A stretch of DNA of 64,000 bases from Octopus sinensis (GCF_006345805.1 NC_042997.1:27714001-27778000); one strand, 5' to 3'; positions 12,250 through 24,360 are shown, counted from the stretch's first letter. Made by a program: numbers and translations. The notes: generated from the sequence alone by a model not told the origin.

Positions 12250-13540
12250 CGAGGGACGTTCAATAAGTAATGCCTCTGACCCACTTGCAGTTATTTGATC
12301 TAGCTGAAATGTTGCATGTGCAATTATTTATATATCTATAAATTAAGTGGCAAATTACAGCTCTGAACTAATTGAGGTGTCTGATTTACAGGTGTTTGAA
12401 CTGAGTCAAGTGTGAAATGGGGCCTGTTGAGTGTTGAGCAGTGATCCGGTTTTTGTATTTGAAAGGACGCACACCACGGGAAACTTTTAATGAAATGAAA
12501 GTAACTTATGGTGATGATGCCCCATCATATGACCTTGTAAAAAGTTGGCATCGTGAATTCAAACATGGTCGGAACTCTGTGGAAACAGCTCCCAGATCTG
12601 GTCGCCCCCCTTCTGCCATTGATGAGGCATATGTCAGTCAAGTTGAGGCTGCCATTTTGGAAGATCGACGCATAACTATTCGCCAAATAGCCGATGAGGT
12701 CAAGATTAGTGCCGGGTCTGTGGAAACTATCATTCATGACCATTTGCATATGCAAAAGGTGTCTACCAGATGGATTACCAGGCTGCTCACACCTTTCCAG
12801 AAGCAAGAACGTGTCGAGTGCTCAAGGATGAATTTGGAGATGTGCCAAGAAGAAGAGTCAAAATTTTTCAAAAGACTGATTACACAGGATGAAACCTGGG
12901 TCAATCACGATGATCCAGAGACCAAAGCCCAGTCAATGCAGTGGAAGCACCGTGACTCACCTCCTCCAAAGAAGGCAAGGGTGCAGCCCTCCGCTGGCGA
13001 GGTCATGCTCACAGTCTTCTGGGACCAGGACGGAGTAGTGATGACAGATTTCCTGGCAAAGGTACCACAATTACAGGAGCCTATTATGCTTCACTTTTGA
13101 GGAAATTAAGAGAAGCTATGAAAATCAGGAGGCGGGGCAAGATCAGCAAAGGCATCCTCCTCCTGCAGGACAACGCTCCGGTCCACAACTCGCGTGTCGC
13201 CAGATCAGAAGCACAGGCGTGCGGCTATGAACTCCTCCCCTATGCCCCCTACTCTCCTGACCTTGCACCGTCTGATTTCACCTCTTCTCAGCCATGAAGT
13301 TGTTTTAGAAAGGAAAGGATTTCTCAGGTGATGCAGCCTTGATTTCTGAAGTCACGTCGTGGTTGGAGGACCAAGCTGGGGTCTTCTACAAAAACGGTCT
13401 CCAGAGCTGCATCAAACGATGAAAGAAATGCATAACTCTGGGTGGTTCCTATGTAGAAAAAGACTAATAACTGTGCCAAGTTTCATTGCTCTACTGCTAT
13501 GGGAAGTGGGTCAGGGGAATTACTTATTGAACTCCCCTTG
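12250..13540 (+). mobile_element. Near full-length mariner (DD34D-type) DNA transposon, 1291 bp
   Basis: Imperfect TIRs of about 37 bp (cgagggacgttcaataagtaatgcctctgacccactt and its reverse complement at the right end). TA duplication at 12248-12249 and 13541-13542. Typical mariner length. Confidence 0.95.
12417..13467 (+). pseudogene. Disrupted mariner transposase
   Basis: MGPVEC*AVIRFLYLKG start with an early TGA. Motifs TQDETWV, LLQDNAPVH and YSPDLAPSDF are present. Frameshifts near 13065 and 13280, plus a later stop. Confidence 0.92.
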
Positions 13541-13690
13541 TATAGTATTATTGGACGCTCATGAAAGAAAGAAAGAAGGAGGATTTAACGTTTCGAGCGG
13601 AGCTCTTCGTCAGAAACATAAGAAAAGGAAAGATCCAAAGAAGGGAAGACGGAGGAAAAAAAATCGCCAACGGTATACATGCGGTCACAA
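13541..13690 (-). mobile_element. Short hammerhead-bearing PLE-type repeat (my family P1), split by the mariner; remainder at 12197-12249
   Basis: Matches 34441-34590 and 43590-43800. The sequence resumes across the mariner TA insertion site (..aatacTA|tttgttc..gtgttttcatgcttggattaact). Confidence 0.8.
13583..13618 (-). ncRNA. Minimal PLE-type hammerhead motif
   Basis: gttt-CTGACGA-a-gagc-tcc-gctc-GAA-ACGT-T-aaat. Position 17 is U. Confidence 0.6.
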
Positions 13691-13719
13691 TACATACATA
13701 CATACATACATACATACAT

Positions 13720-14197
13720 ACATACATAAAGTTGAAATTGACAGAAAAACAAAAGACGAAGAAAGGTGTATGAACAACAACCTCGGGTAAGTGAGAAAGT
13801 CTTTTACATTTCGAGCCTACGATCTTCAACAGAAAGGTATAAGAGAAAATAAACAGAGAGAGAATAAAAATAAAAATAAAAACTTGTGGATTTAGCGGTC
13901 AAACATAGCGACTGGTCGGACTGACAGGAGAGGTAGAAAGAAGGGGAGATAGTAAAGTATTGGGGATCCCAAAACGAAGGTGTGCGTGGGTGTGTGTGTG
14001 TATGTGAGAATGAGTAAATGCATGTGTGTGGATAGGGGCTAGTGACTTTGACAGGTGTAGATGTGTGCATATATAAGTGTGCGCGTCTGCAATGTGTTGG
14101 TGTGTGGTGTGAGTGCTGGGAAGTGGCTAGTGTGTGTATGGAGTGGTGTGCGGTGGTGTAATTTGGAGTAGTGGTGTATGGGTTGGTGCAGGGTATG

Positions 14198-14229
<32 letters not shown>

Positions 14230-14584
14230 GTGTGTGTGTGTTGAAGCGATGTTGGGGTAGGGGTGGGGTATGTTGGTAGACGTGTTTATCAATGAAGAGA
14301 GAAAGTGAGTAGAACTGAGGAGAGAAAGTGTCAGAAGAAGGGAGGAGAGGAGGGATGGGTAGGAGTGAAGGGACGAAATAGGTGTCAGATGAAAAGAGAA
14401 GAGGAGGGGAGTTGAACCTATGTGGTGCAGAAGAGCGAAGAGAGAAGATTAATTTCTGTTTACGGCGAAGACGGGAGTCCGGTTGGCCCCTGTGCAAAGA
14501 CAATCCGAACACAGACAGGTGATGTAGTGAATGACCGGTAGAGCGGAAATGGAGCGAATCCGGGGTATCATTGCCAAGTCTACA

Positions 14585-14585
<1 letters not shown>
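13720..14585 (-). mobile_element. Penelope-like element 3' end (GIY-YIG C-terminus plus pLTR-like region)
   Basis: DSLHFRSTGHSLHHLSVFGLSLHRGQPDSRLRRKQKLIFSLRSSAPH resembles the end of the 46-kb GIY-YIG. It is followed by a hammerhead-like motif at 13801-13837. Confidence 0.75.
13801..13837 (-). ncRNA. Decayed minimal hammerhead motif, family P2
   Basis: cttt-CTGTTGA-agatcgtaggctc-GAAATGT-A-aaag; 219 nt from the 13.6-kb motif on the same strand. Confidence 0.45.
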
Positions 14586-14630
<45 letters not shown>

Positions 14631-15384
14631 AACAGGTGAGTATACATATTTGCATCTGCACAAATACACGCTCACATACGTAACACAATGTAATTCAGTG
14701 TAATATAATGTAATGCGCGCGCGTGTGTGTATAGTACATAAATATATCGAATGCTTTATGCAAAATATTCGTATTGTCTAGCCAACAGGTCGGCGTAGCG
14801 ATGCTGGATGTTAATGACAAAAAATATTACATAATGGTTTATCCTTCTTTATTAATTAGTTAATTAATCAATCAATTAATTAATTAATTAATCTATTAGT
14901 TCATTAATTTATTGTGCGTAGAAATTAGCTCTTCAAATATCTGGAAATTTTGGGTCTAATAAACATTCTTACTTCCATTTCGGTGCATATGCTCATATAA
15001 CTCTGAGTCAAATATTTTGATTATAGCTTCTATAATTGAGGTTGTTGAAAGTGTAACATCCAGAGGCATATCATGACGAGCTAAATAAAATTGTTGGTAG
15101 CCTGCTCTTTTAGGGTTTTCTTTTCATTAAATTATCAGAGTCTCAGAAAGATAGGTTGTGGTGTTCGTTCCAGCAATGTATGTTCTTTGTTCAGATCTCA
15201 CCGAATTCAACCTGGCCGTTATCCTTGTCTGGTCGTTGAAGTAAAATACTAGGTAATGTTGGCTAGATTTGTGGATAGTTGCTCTGTGCCAGATGTTCTC
15301 TAAAGTGAAGTCCTGATTAATGCAAAAGTACAAAAAGCAGAAAAAAACACGTTTGTTCGTTTATCCATCATCTAAACATGCATT

Positions 15385-15432
<48 letters not shown>

Positions 15433-15559
15433 CTCAAACACATATATACAAATATAAATAAGTGTGTATATACACATATATACATATACATAACGGGTGA
15501 GACAAAAGTCACGTAAAAACGCATGTGACATTTTATTTATGTTACCTTAATATCATTAT

Positions 15560-15987
15560 TATTGAGTACATGCCATGAAGTGACACTTGGGTATAAATAT
15601 ACGAGGCCCTGTATACTCATCAGGATTACCTGTCTGATAAGGGTACACCAGGCACATGCATCACAACCATATGTGCGCGAAATGGTGATCTCATATCCTG
15701 ATAAACAGTGCATGACCTTGCAGGTGGGGGCCCAGTTAGAATTTTCTTCTGGTGGAGTAGTCCATCCTGCTCAAAAAGGTCCCTAAATAAGGGCCGTGTA
15801 CGGTTGGTGAACGAAACAGCAATGTTTCCAAAGGTATATTATTCAATCCACAAAGAAAACATGACTATGATACTCCCCCACTACTTTTGATCATGATCAG
15901 TGATACACATATCGTCAGCCACTAAGGGACCTGTTCAACTGGTTAAGGTCAAGCAAATCTGTGGTACCGAGCAGAATATTTGCTGTA
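15560..15987 (-). mobile_element. About 440-bp non-coding retroposon with an (AAT)n tail, copy 1
   Basis: Diverged inverted copy of 16699-17144. Confidence 0.75.
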
Positions 15988-16120
15988 TCCCATCTTTTTA
16001 TGCTAAATCAAAATATGTGGATGATAACACTTTCAATCAGTTAAAATCAGAAGCCACGAGAGCCAGTGCCCGGTATTGCATCAAGGCATTTATTATTATC
16101 ATTGTTATTATTATTACTAC

Positions 16121-16177
<57 letters not shown>

Positions 16178-16194
16178 TATTATTATTATATGTT

Positions 16195-16660
16195 TGACTT
16201 TTGCTTTGTATTTTTGTACATGTTGACACCAAGTCTCACTCAGAGACCTCAAGAGACAACGAGTTAGAAGTTGGTATTATGCCTAGGGTGTCATATATTT
16301 AGTCTTGTACATAGTATTGTTCTAGAGAATGTTTAAGAAAAACTAGGCAAATTATAAGATTGTTTTAAAATTTGAGATTACATAGATAGTATTTTACGAA
16401 GGATATGGGCAGTTCCCATGAATACTACCTTTTGAATTTCTGCCATTTTGGAGATTCCTGGTATCTGAGCCAGCTAGGAATCAGCCCCTTTTGCTATCAT
16501 TCCTAGGGTACCTATGACAACAAGTCTTGTTTTAATTCTTGAGATTCCACATTTTGCCAATTTCTACTACAAGATCTTTATACTTGCTCAGTTTTTGGTA
16601 GTTATTGACAGATACATTTATGTCGATTGGGACAGTCATGTCAATGAGGAGGCATGATTT
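16195..16660 (-). mobile_element. R4/Dong-type LINE 3' end flanked by (ATT)n
   Basis: SCLLIDMTVPIDINVSV...QKLSKYKDL..EIGKMWNLK (RLE motif). (ATT)n runs at 16090-16190 and 16665-16687. Confidence 0.8.
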
Positions 16661-16698
16661 TTGTATTATTACTATTATTATTATTATAAAAGTTGGGC

Positions 16699-17143
16699 TA
16701 CAACAAATATTCTGCTCAATACCACAGATTTGCTTGTCAATTGTTTGACCTTAACCAGTTGAACATGTCCCTTAGTAGCTGACGGTATGTGCATCTCTGA
16801 TCATGAGCAGAAGTAGTGGGAGAGCATCACTGCTATGTGTTGAGGGGGATTCTTTAGGGGTTGAATAATTCACCTCTGGAAACATGAGTGTTTCGTTCAA
16901 ACAACCTTTATTCAGGGACCTTTTGAGCGGAATGGGCTACTCGACCAGAAGAAAATTCTAACTGGGCTCCATCTGCAAGGTCATGTGCTGTTTATCTTGA
17001 TATGAGATCACCATGTCGCACGCATATTGTTGGGATGCATGTGCCTGGTGTACCCTTATCAGACGGGTAGTCATGATAGGTATACTGGGCTTCGTATATT
17101 TTACCCCAGTGTCACTTTGATGGCATGCACTGCTCTCTCACTC

Positions 17144-17144
<1 letters not shown>
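16699..17144 (+). mobile_element. About 440-bp non-coding retroposon with an (AAT)n tail, copy 2
   Basis: Ends ctctcactc(aat)n and starts next to an (ATT)n run. Confidence 0.75.
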
Positions 17145-17184
<40 letters not shown>

Positions 17185-17220
17185 TAATAATAATAATATA
17201 CGTGGCTAACTAGCCACATA

Positions 17221-17278
<58 letters not shown>

Positions 17279-17564
17279 GTTATTATTACTATTATTATTG
17301 TTATTATTATCATTATTATTAATCATCATTATTATTAGCATTATTATTAATTTTCTTCAGTATGTGAAGATACGTGTGTATATTCAACATTATTTATTTA
17401 TTTTATTGAATTAAAAAAAAAATGAAAGCATGGGTTTGACAATTCCGGATCGTATTGAACTTATTTGCTGTTTGGCATTTGGGTCACCCTATATATATAT
17501 ATATGTATGTATATATCTCTCTCCTCTCTCTCTCTATATATATATGTATGCATGTATGTATCTA

Positions 17565-17651
<87 letters not shown>

Positions 17652-17748
17652 ATATATTTATAAACAATTATAAACAACCTTTAATTCTGCCCACTTTTGA
17701 TGAAATTTTTTCCTGAAAAATTTTTTAGACTATATAGTAGTAGTGGTA

Positions 17749-17786
<38 letters not shown>

Positions 17787-17810
17787 TATATATTAGTAGT
17801 AGTAGTAGTA

Positions 17811-17857
<47 letters not shown>

Positions 17858-17955
17858 CAAGCTAAAGCAAAGAGAGGGAAGTCGCTTGGCACAAATTAAC
17901 CTTGAACTCTACTGTACATGCGTACTAAGTTTTAACGTATCTATGTATATATGTA

Positions 17956-17994
<39 letters not shown>

Positions 17995-18755
17995 TTATAC
18001 GTGTGTGTATGTATATGTATATCTATATATAAGTACATTATGTATGTATGTTTATATATGTATGTGTATAAGTGTATATACATGTATATATTAATGATTT
18101 TGTGCTTGTGTGCATATACGAAATAAGTACAGAACAGAACAGTGAATCGATTGTAAATTGATAGCATATACATTAAACCAATTATATATATATACATATG
18201 CATATATATAATTATACATATATATACACATACACATATATGTGTTTATTGTGATAATTTCATCCTTAATACTATTTTTTTTCTGTTTCTTTTTAAAATA
18301 CACATATATCAACATTTCACATTAACAAAATTTGAGTAAGCACCAAAAATCCATTTGAAAAAAATATGCCTGGAACATAAATTTGGCCCCCTATCTACAG
18401 GCATATTCAATAACAATAATAGTATACAAACAAAAAAGCTTCTTAAAAGATGCATCAATATTAATTTAGTCATCATAAATTCTTTCATAGTTAATGCTTG
18501 CTGTCAATTATTTAAAAGAGTTCGGTATATGAGTAGATTCTATAACAGCATTTTTATGATATAAATAAATATCTTTTGCTTCAAATTCTGTCAACGGGTG
18601 TTTTTTTCAAATTTTCATATTTTTTAAAATTTTGATTGTTTTTTTCATTCAAGAATTAGAAAATATATTCAGGTTTATAGTATGCATATTAATACACCTA
18701 TAATTTTATCTGTTGTCATCAGTGTTTGTCTCTGTCTTACAATGTTGTTCTTGGC

Positions 18756-18803
<48 letters not shown>

Positions 18804-18821
18804 TATATTATTATATATAAT

Positions 18822-18870
<49 letters not shown>

Positions 18871-18878
18871 ATGTATAT

Positions 18879-18921
<43 letters not shown>

Positions 18922-18933
18922 TCTATATATATT

Positions 18934-18967
<34 letters not shown>

Positions 18968-19102
18968 ACATATATTTATATACATATATATATACATTAC
19001 ATATATATACATATATGTGTGTTTATATAAATGTGCGTATATATGTATGCATATATATATATATATATATGCGTATATATATATATGCATATATATATAT
19101 GC

Positions 19103-19156
<54 letters not shown>

Positions 19157-19163
19157 ATATATA

Positions 19164-19242
<79 letters not shown>

Positions 19243-19750
19243 TGCATTTACATATACACATGGATACACAGATATACACACGTGTGCATACATAGATATG
19301 GCATTGTCTCACATATATAATATTGTGAATTGTTTTACAGTTAACTAAGATTGCCCGTGTAATTTGAAGACGAATATATCTCTTTAGGCGTATTTGACTT
19401 TGTTTTGAAAGATCAAACAAGCCAGCTAACTCCACTAAAGCCTGCCAGCTGTAACATTTTGAAAATATAGACTTTTGAGGCGGGAATTGATTTGGTTCCC
19501 TCCAAAACTACACAATTTCCAAATTCTTCAGTTGATAGATTTTTATGGAGCTATCACTTATGCTTGCGAGTTTTCGGTCTTTCCAAACCCTTAGAGACAG
19601 TGTCTTTTTATTAAAGTGGAATAACTCTGCAACTTCAGTTATTCAAAAATCTTGTTTTCCACTCAATGTATTGTATATGCGAAACCGTACCATATTTTAT
19701 TTAATATGCTGAGGGCATCCCTGAGGTATCTTCCCTCTCCCGTGTTGTTG

Positions 19751-19784
<34 letters not shown>

Positions 19785-20005
19785 TATATATATCTATATA
19801 TATTATATATATATATATGTATATATACATATATATATATACATATATATATCTATATATATTATATATATGTACACACACATGCATATATATATATGCG
19901 TGTATATGTGTATATACAAATGTTTAAGTATGATATATATATACATACATACATACATTTATATATATATCTATATATATATATATATATATATATACAT
20001 ACATA

Positions 20006-20047
<42 letters not shown>

Positions 20048-20231
20048 CATCAATGATACATATATGTATTCACAGATAGATGTTTTTGTGTATGTGTGTG
20101 TGGGTATGTGTGGGTATAAGTTTGTGCGTGGAATCCATGAGTACCTATTCACGTATTCAATGAATATATAGACAATGGTTGCGAGTTCTCATTCGTCGAC
20201 TTCTTTAATATTGATTGTATTATTATTATTA

Positions 20232-21246
20232 TTAGGATGATGATGGTGATCCCCTTAAAGAGATCGTTGGATATTCAGATTTCTTACTAAGTGATGCATG
20301 ACCGTTTGTGTAAAAGCAAAACATAGCCGCTAATGTTTCACGGAAATATTTGTTCATAACGCAATATAGTATGAAATTAGCCGAGAAGTTCAAGGCTTGC
20401 ATGAAATTTGTAATGTCCCGTATAACATCGGATAGGGCACTGTCGACACTGGCTAAATGGAAGGAGAATTTAAGTATCTCAGATGGAGAAACTAGTACAA
20501 GAAACATGACTACAATGGATACAAGGGTGGCAGTAACGCTGTTTAAGGCTGTGTCTGTATGGCGTCGCCGATGTGTTACTGACTGAGAACGCATTGAACG
20601 GCCTTCGGTTCTAAGGTGAACTTCGATTTCTGCTCCTCGTATTAGTTTATCATCACGAAAAATAGAGTTGTTTTCAGGGCGCAGTGACAGTTCAGTCGTT
20701 GAGGCGTTACCAATACCGCCAACTGTTGATGTACATCCACTATGTGACTTTGGCTTGTGACGATGGCTGGAATATGATGAATTGCGATTTATAGTGCCGC
20801 GTCGTTCATCATTCAAAGGTGCCATATTCATTCGCAATTTCTTCGCTTTCTTTATACTGTAAATCAAACAAGTGTTAAAATAGATTAGCAGGCCACACGG
20901 CACTAGATCAAATAGGACAGACCAGCAAAGTCGGCGTATGACAATAACTCCTTCATCGAAGTGCTGATTAACTTTATAAAACTCTTGTCCCTCATAATCC
21001 TCCACCTCGATCCTACGCTCCATGAATAAAGGAGTGGTTGCCAAGGCGCAACAGACAAATACCATTGTAATGATAATTCGCGTCCGCCGCAGCGATATAA
21101 TGCGTCGTGCCTTGAAAGGGTGGCAGACTGCCAAATACCGCTCCGCCGCCATGTAAACAATCATCATGGTGCTTGCAATTATGAAAATGGTGATGGACGG
21201 ACTCAACAAAAAATGGATATAGAGTAATATGCTTCTGCTCTTGTAG
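20232..21246 (-). CDS. Same GPCR, second coding exon: ECL1, TM3-TM7, C-tail
   Basis: Acceptor ttcttgttttctttctcattccag|C at 21247/21246. TG+C joins in frame as TGC (PRHK-C-YKSRS). Contains AERYLAVCHPF (ERY), TM5 DLVPCGLLIYFNTCLI, TM6 LVSIVVMFLVLVSP and TM7 NFSANFILYC. Stop TAA at 20234-20232. The spliced CDS is 1308 nt = 435 aa, with no internal stops. Confidence 0.95.
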
Positions 21247-21277
21247 CTGGAATGAGAAAGAAAACAAGAATCATAAG

Positions 21278-21341
<64 letters not shown>

Positions 21342-21342
21342 G

Positions 21343-21537
21343 ACCGGAGTAAACACATAAATGTGAAACAAGGTGGAAAAAAGAGTACTCAAATACCAGT
21401 GGTAGAGTAATATGCTTTATTTTAAGCAGCAGAAAATTCAACAAAATCTGTTACTCTGAGTTTCTCGTTGCCGTTCATCGGCAACGAGAAACTCAGAGTA
21501 ACAGATTTTGTTGAATTTTCTGCTGCTTAAAATAAAG

Positions 21538-21540
<3 letters not shown>
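21343..21540. repeat. Family P3 repeat with a perfect 59-bp inverted duplication (stem 21415-21473 / 21479-21537)
   Basis: The arms are exact reverse complements around a 5-nt loop (ttcat). A single-arm relative lies at 55376-55513. Confidence 0.95.
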
Positions 21541-21568
<28 letters not shown>

Positions 21569-21606
21569 TATATATATATATATATATAATATATATATAT
21601 ATATAT

Positions 21607-21677
<71 letters not shown>

Positions 21678-21890
21678 CGGGAAAGTTTACGAAAATAAAC
21701 AAAAGACGAAGGCAGGTGGAGTACAAACAAACAAATGTATTAGTATAGCGCTCAGGAATAGAAATAGAAAAAGTCTTTTACGTTTCGAGCCTACGCTCTT
21801 CGACAGAAAGATACACAGAAAAAAAACAAGGAGGGAAACAAGGAGAGAAAAAAATGCGTGTAGGCGCTAACGATCTATCATAGCGTCCTA
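21678..21890 (-). mobile_element. Short hammerhead-bearing repeat (my family P2)
   Basis: ctgtcgaagagcgtaggctcgaaacgtaaaagacttt...ttcgtcttttgttt is shared with 13720-13840. Abuts (TA)n. Confidence 0.75.
21774..21811 (-). ncRNA. Minimal PLE-type hammerhead motif (A6U core variant)
   Basis: tcttt-CTGTCGA-a-gagc-gtag-gctc-GAA-ACGT-A-aaaga: 5-bp stem I, 4-bp stem II, ACGU palindrome. Confidence 0.65.
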
Positions 21891-22273
21891 AAATGCACCT
21901 GAATTTGAAAGACTTTTTAATTGTTTTTAAATAAATTTATTTACATACATACCAAACTAGTGTCAAAAAATTTATGTTTATCAATGGTAAAAGCGTATAT
22001 AAAGCAATGAGATTTCAAAAAAATTTAAATTGCGAAGTAGAAAACATGTTTAAATGATCATATGTTCACAACATTCAATGACAGGGTTAAATAATATCAA
22101 AAACGACCGGCAAAAATAAAAAAAAAAAGAAATTGAATAATTAAAAGTTCGGTCATACTGAATTGAGAGAGAAATAAGCAAAGAAGAGAATATAAACGGG
22201 GTGTTACTTTTACAGTTTCTGACATCTTGCGTGTGATTATTTTTTTCCGTTGCATACAAGTTTGGTATGTATA

Positions 22274-22426
22274 CTCTTTTACACTTTTACTTAATTCAGT
22301 CATTTGACTGCGGTCATGCTGGAGAATCCCCTTTAGCCGAACAAATTAACCCCAGGACTTATTCTTTGTAAGCCCAGTACTGCGATGTTGGGGGACATAC
22401 ACAGACACAAACATATATACATATAC

Positions 22427-22463
<37 letters not shown>

Positions 22464-22465
22464 TC

Positions 22466-22539
<74 letters not shown>

Positions 22540-22668
22540 TACGACGAGCTTCTTTCAGTTTCTGTCTACCAAATCCACTCACAAGGCTTTGCTCGGCCTG
22601 AGGCTATAGCAGAAGACTGAACCCGGAACCGTGTCGTTGGTAAGCAAGCCGCTTAGTACACAGCAATT
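22274..22668 (-). mobile_element. SINE family A
   Basis: Reverse-complement match with an internal deletion. Confidence 0.85.
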
Positions 22669-22746
22669 ACAAGTCTTTCAAATTCAGGTGCATTTTCAAA
22701 AACTAATTCTCCTATATTCTTTCCTGCGTGGAAATACACCCTTCTT

Positions 22747-22804
<58 letters not shown>

Positions 22805-23005
22805 ACACATACACACACACACACACATACAAACACACACACACACACAGATTATAGATCTAATAGATGTATGATCAACAAAGTACTCCATCTGGTGAGA
22901 GGTAATATAAATTTAAAACAACCGAAAGAGCTTCTAATAGTTTTATGCTTTTGTGATACTTACGCAGGCATATTTATAAAATACACTGTATATCTTAAAG
23001 CAATA

Positions 23006-23423
23006 GGTGCAGGAGTGGCTGTGTGGTAAGTAGCTTGCTTACCAACCATATGGTTCTGGGTTCAGTTCCACTGCGTGGCACCTTGGGCAAGTGTCTTCTA
23101 CTATAGCCTCGGGGCGGACATAGCCTTGTGAGTGGATTTGGTAGACGGAAACTAAAAGAAGCCCGTCGTATATATGTATATATATACATATATGTATGTG
23201 TGTGTGTTTATGTGTCTGTGTTTGTCCCCCTAGCTTTGCTTGACAACCGATGCTGGTGTGTTTATGTCCCCGTCACTTAGCGGTTCAGCAAAAGAGACCG
23301 ATAGAATAAGTACTGGGCTTACAAAGAATAAGTCCCGGGGTCGAGTTTGCTCGATTAAAGGTGGTGCTCCAACATGGCCGCAGTCAAATGACTGAAACAA
23401 GTAAAAGAGTAAAAGAGTAAAAG
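23006..23423 (+). mobile_element. SINE family A, full length
   Basis: Near identical to 5306-5716. Confidence 0.9.
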
Positions 23424-23499
23424 CGTAATCTTTCAGGTTTTGCTTATGCGTTTTATATATTTTAAAAACAAGGACGCTAGATAGTGAGAAAATAAGAAA

Positions 23500-23710
23500 A
23501 AAAAAAGTTTGAAAAAAATAGGTCTCACAGAAAGATCTCATTTCTGTCAACACCTCAAATGTAAAACTTCTTCCATGAAGACGGACACTGGTATTATCCG
23601 ATGATAGAATCAATTTACAATCATTATTTTGGACCACCAAGCTCGAAGAAACAGCCTGTTGGACTCGTAAAATTCTTCCGCAACTCCTTTAATTCCTGAT
23701 ATCATTTCTT
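23500..23710 (+). mobile_element. Possible highly decayed GIY-YIG (PLE) remnant upstream of the 24.1-kb hammerhead
   Basis: IGLTERS...FTIIILDH loosely resembles YIGxTER...KILD; weak. Confidence 0.25.
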
Positions 23711-23892
23711 TTCTGTGTAAGTCGGACCTTTTTATATGTAAACATATGTATATTCTTTGTATTAAATGTACTTAATATGTTTTGTTTATCGACTTGTCTA
23801 ACTTGCTTATCTTTATATTTACTCTTCTACCTGCTCAAATTTAAACCTTTTGAACATTACGAAGTGTATTCTATACGGCGAATATCTGTATC

Positions 23893-23972
<80 letters not shown>

Positions 23973-24050
23973 ATATATATATATATATACATACATACAT
24001 GCATACATACATATATATATATATATATATACATGTGTGTGTTTCGGCTG

Positions 24051-24120
<70 letters not shown>

Positions 24121-24213
24121 TTTTCGGCTGATGAGTACGGGACACTTGTATTTGCTGCAATATTTGCAGCTTTTAATAAAGCTGGTCTTCGTATGAAACA
24201 ATTGTACTGAAAA
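24121..24213 (+). ncRNA. Type I hammerhead ribozyme motif, complete core, GUA cleavage triplet
   Basis: Stem I ttttcgg/ctgaaaa; CTGATGA 24128-24134; stem II gtacg/cgtat with inner hairpin gctgcaa/ttgcagc; GAAA 24195-24198; palindromic ACAATTGT; predicted cut after 24206. Confidence 0.85.
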
Positions 24214-24360
24214 ACTAATCCATTCTTGTTGCTTTTTTTCTTGTTTATAATCACCCCACATTATTGTATGGTTAATACCATATAGTTTTCTGGTGCATCT
24301 AAGTTAAGTACCGCATTCAAGTGAATTCAATAGAACTCACTTGAATCTTAATTGCTTTTA

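Noticed and set aside
21247-21392. N-terminal 48 aa of the 386-aa ORF as GPCR coding sequence
   Set aside because: It runs through (TA)n/(TG)n and the polypyrimidine tract; the real TM1-TM2 exon is at 43203-43495.
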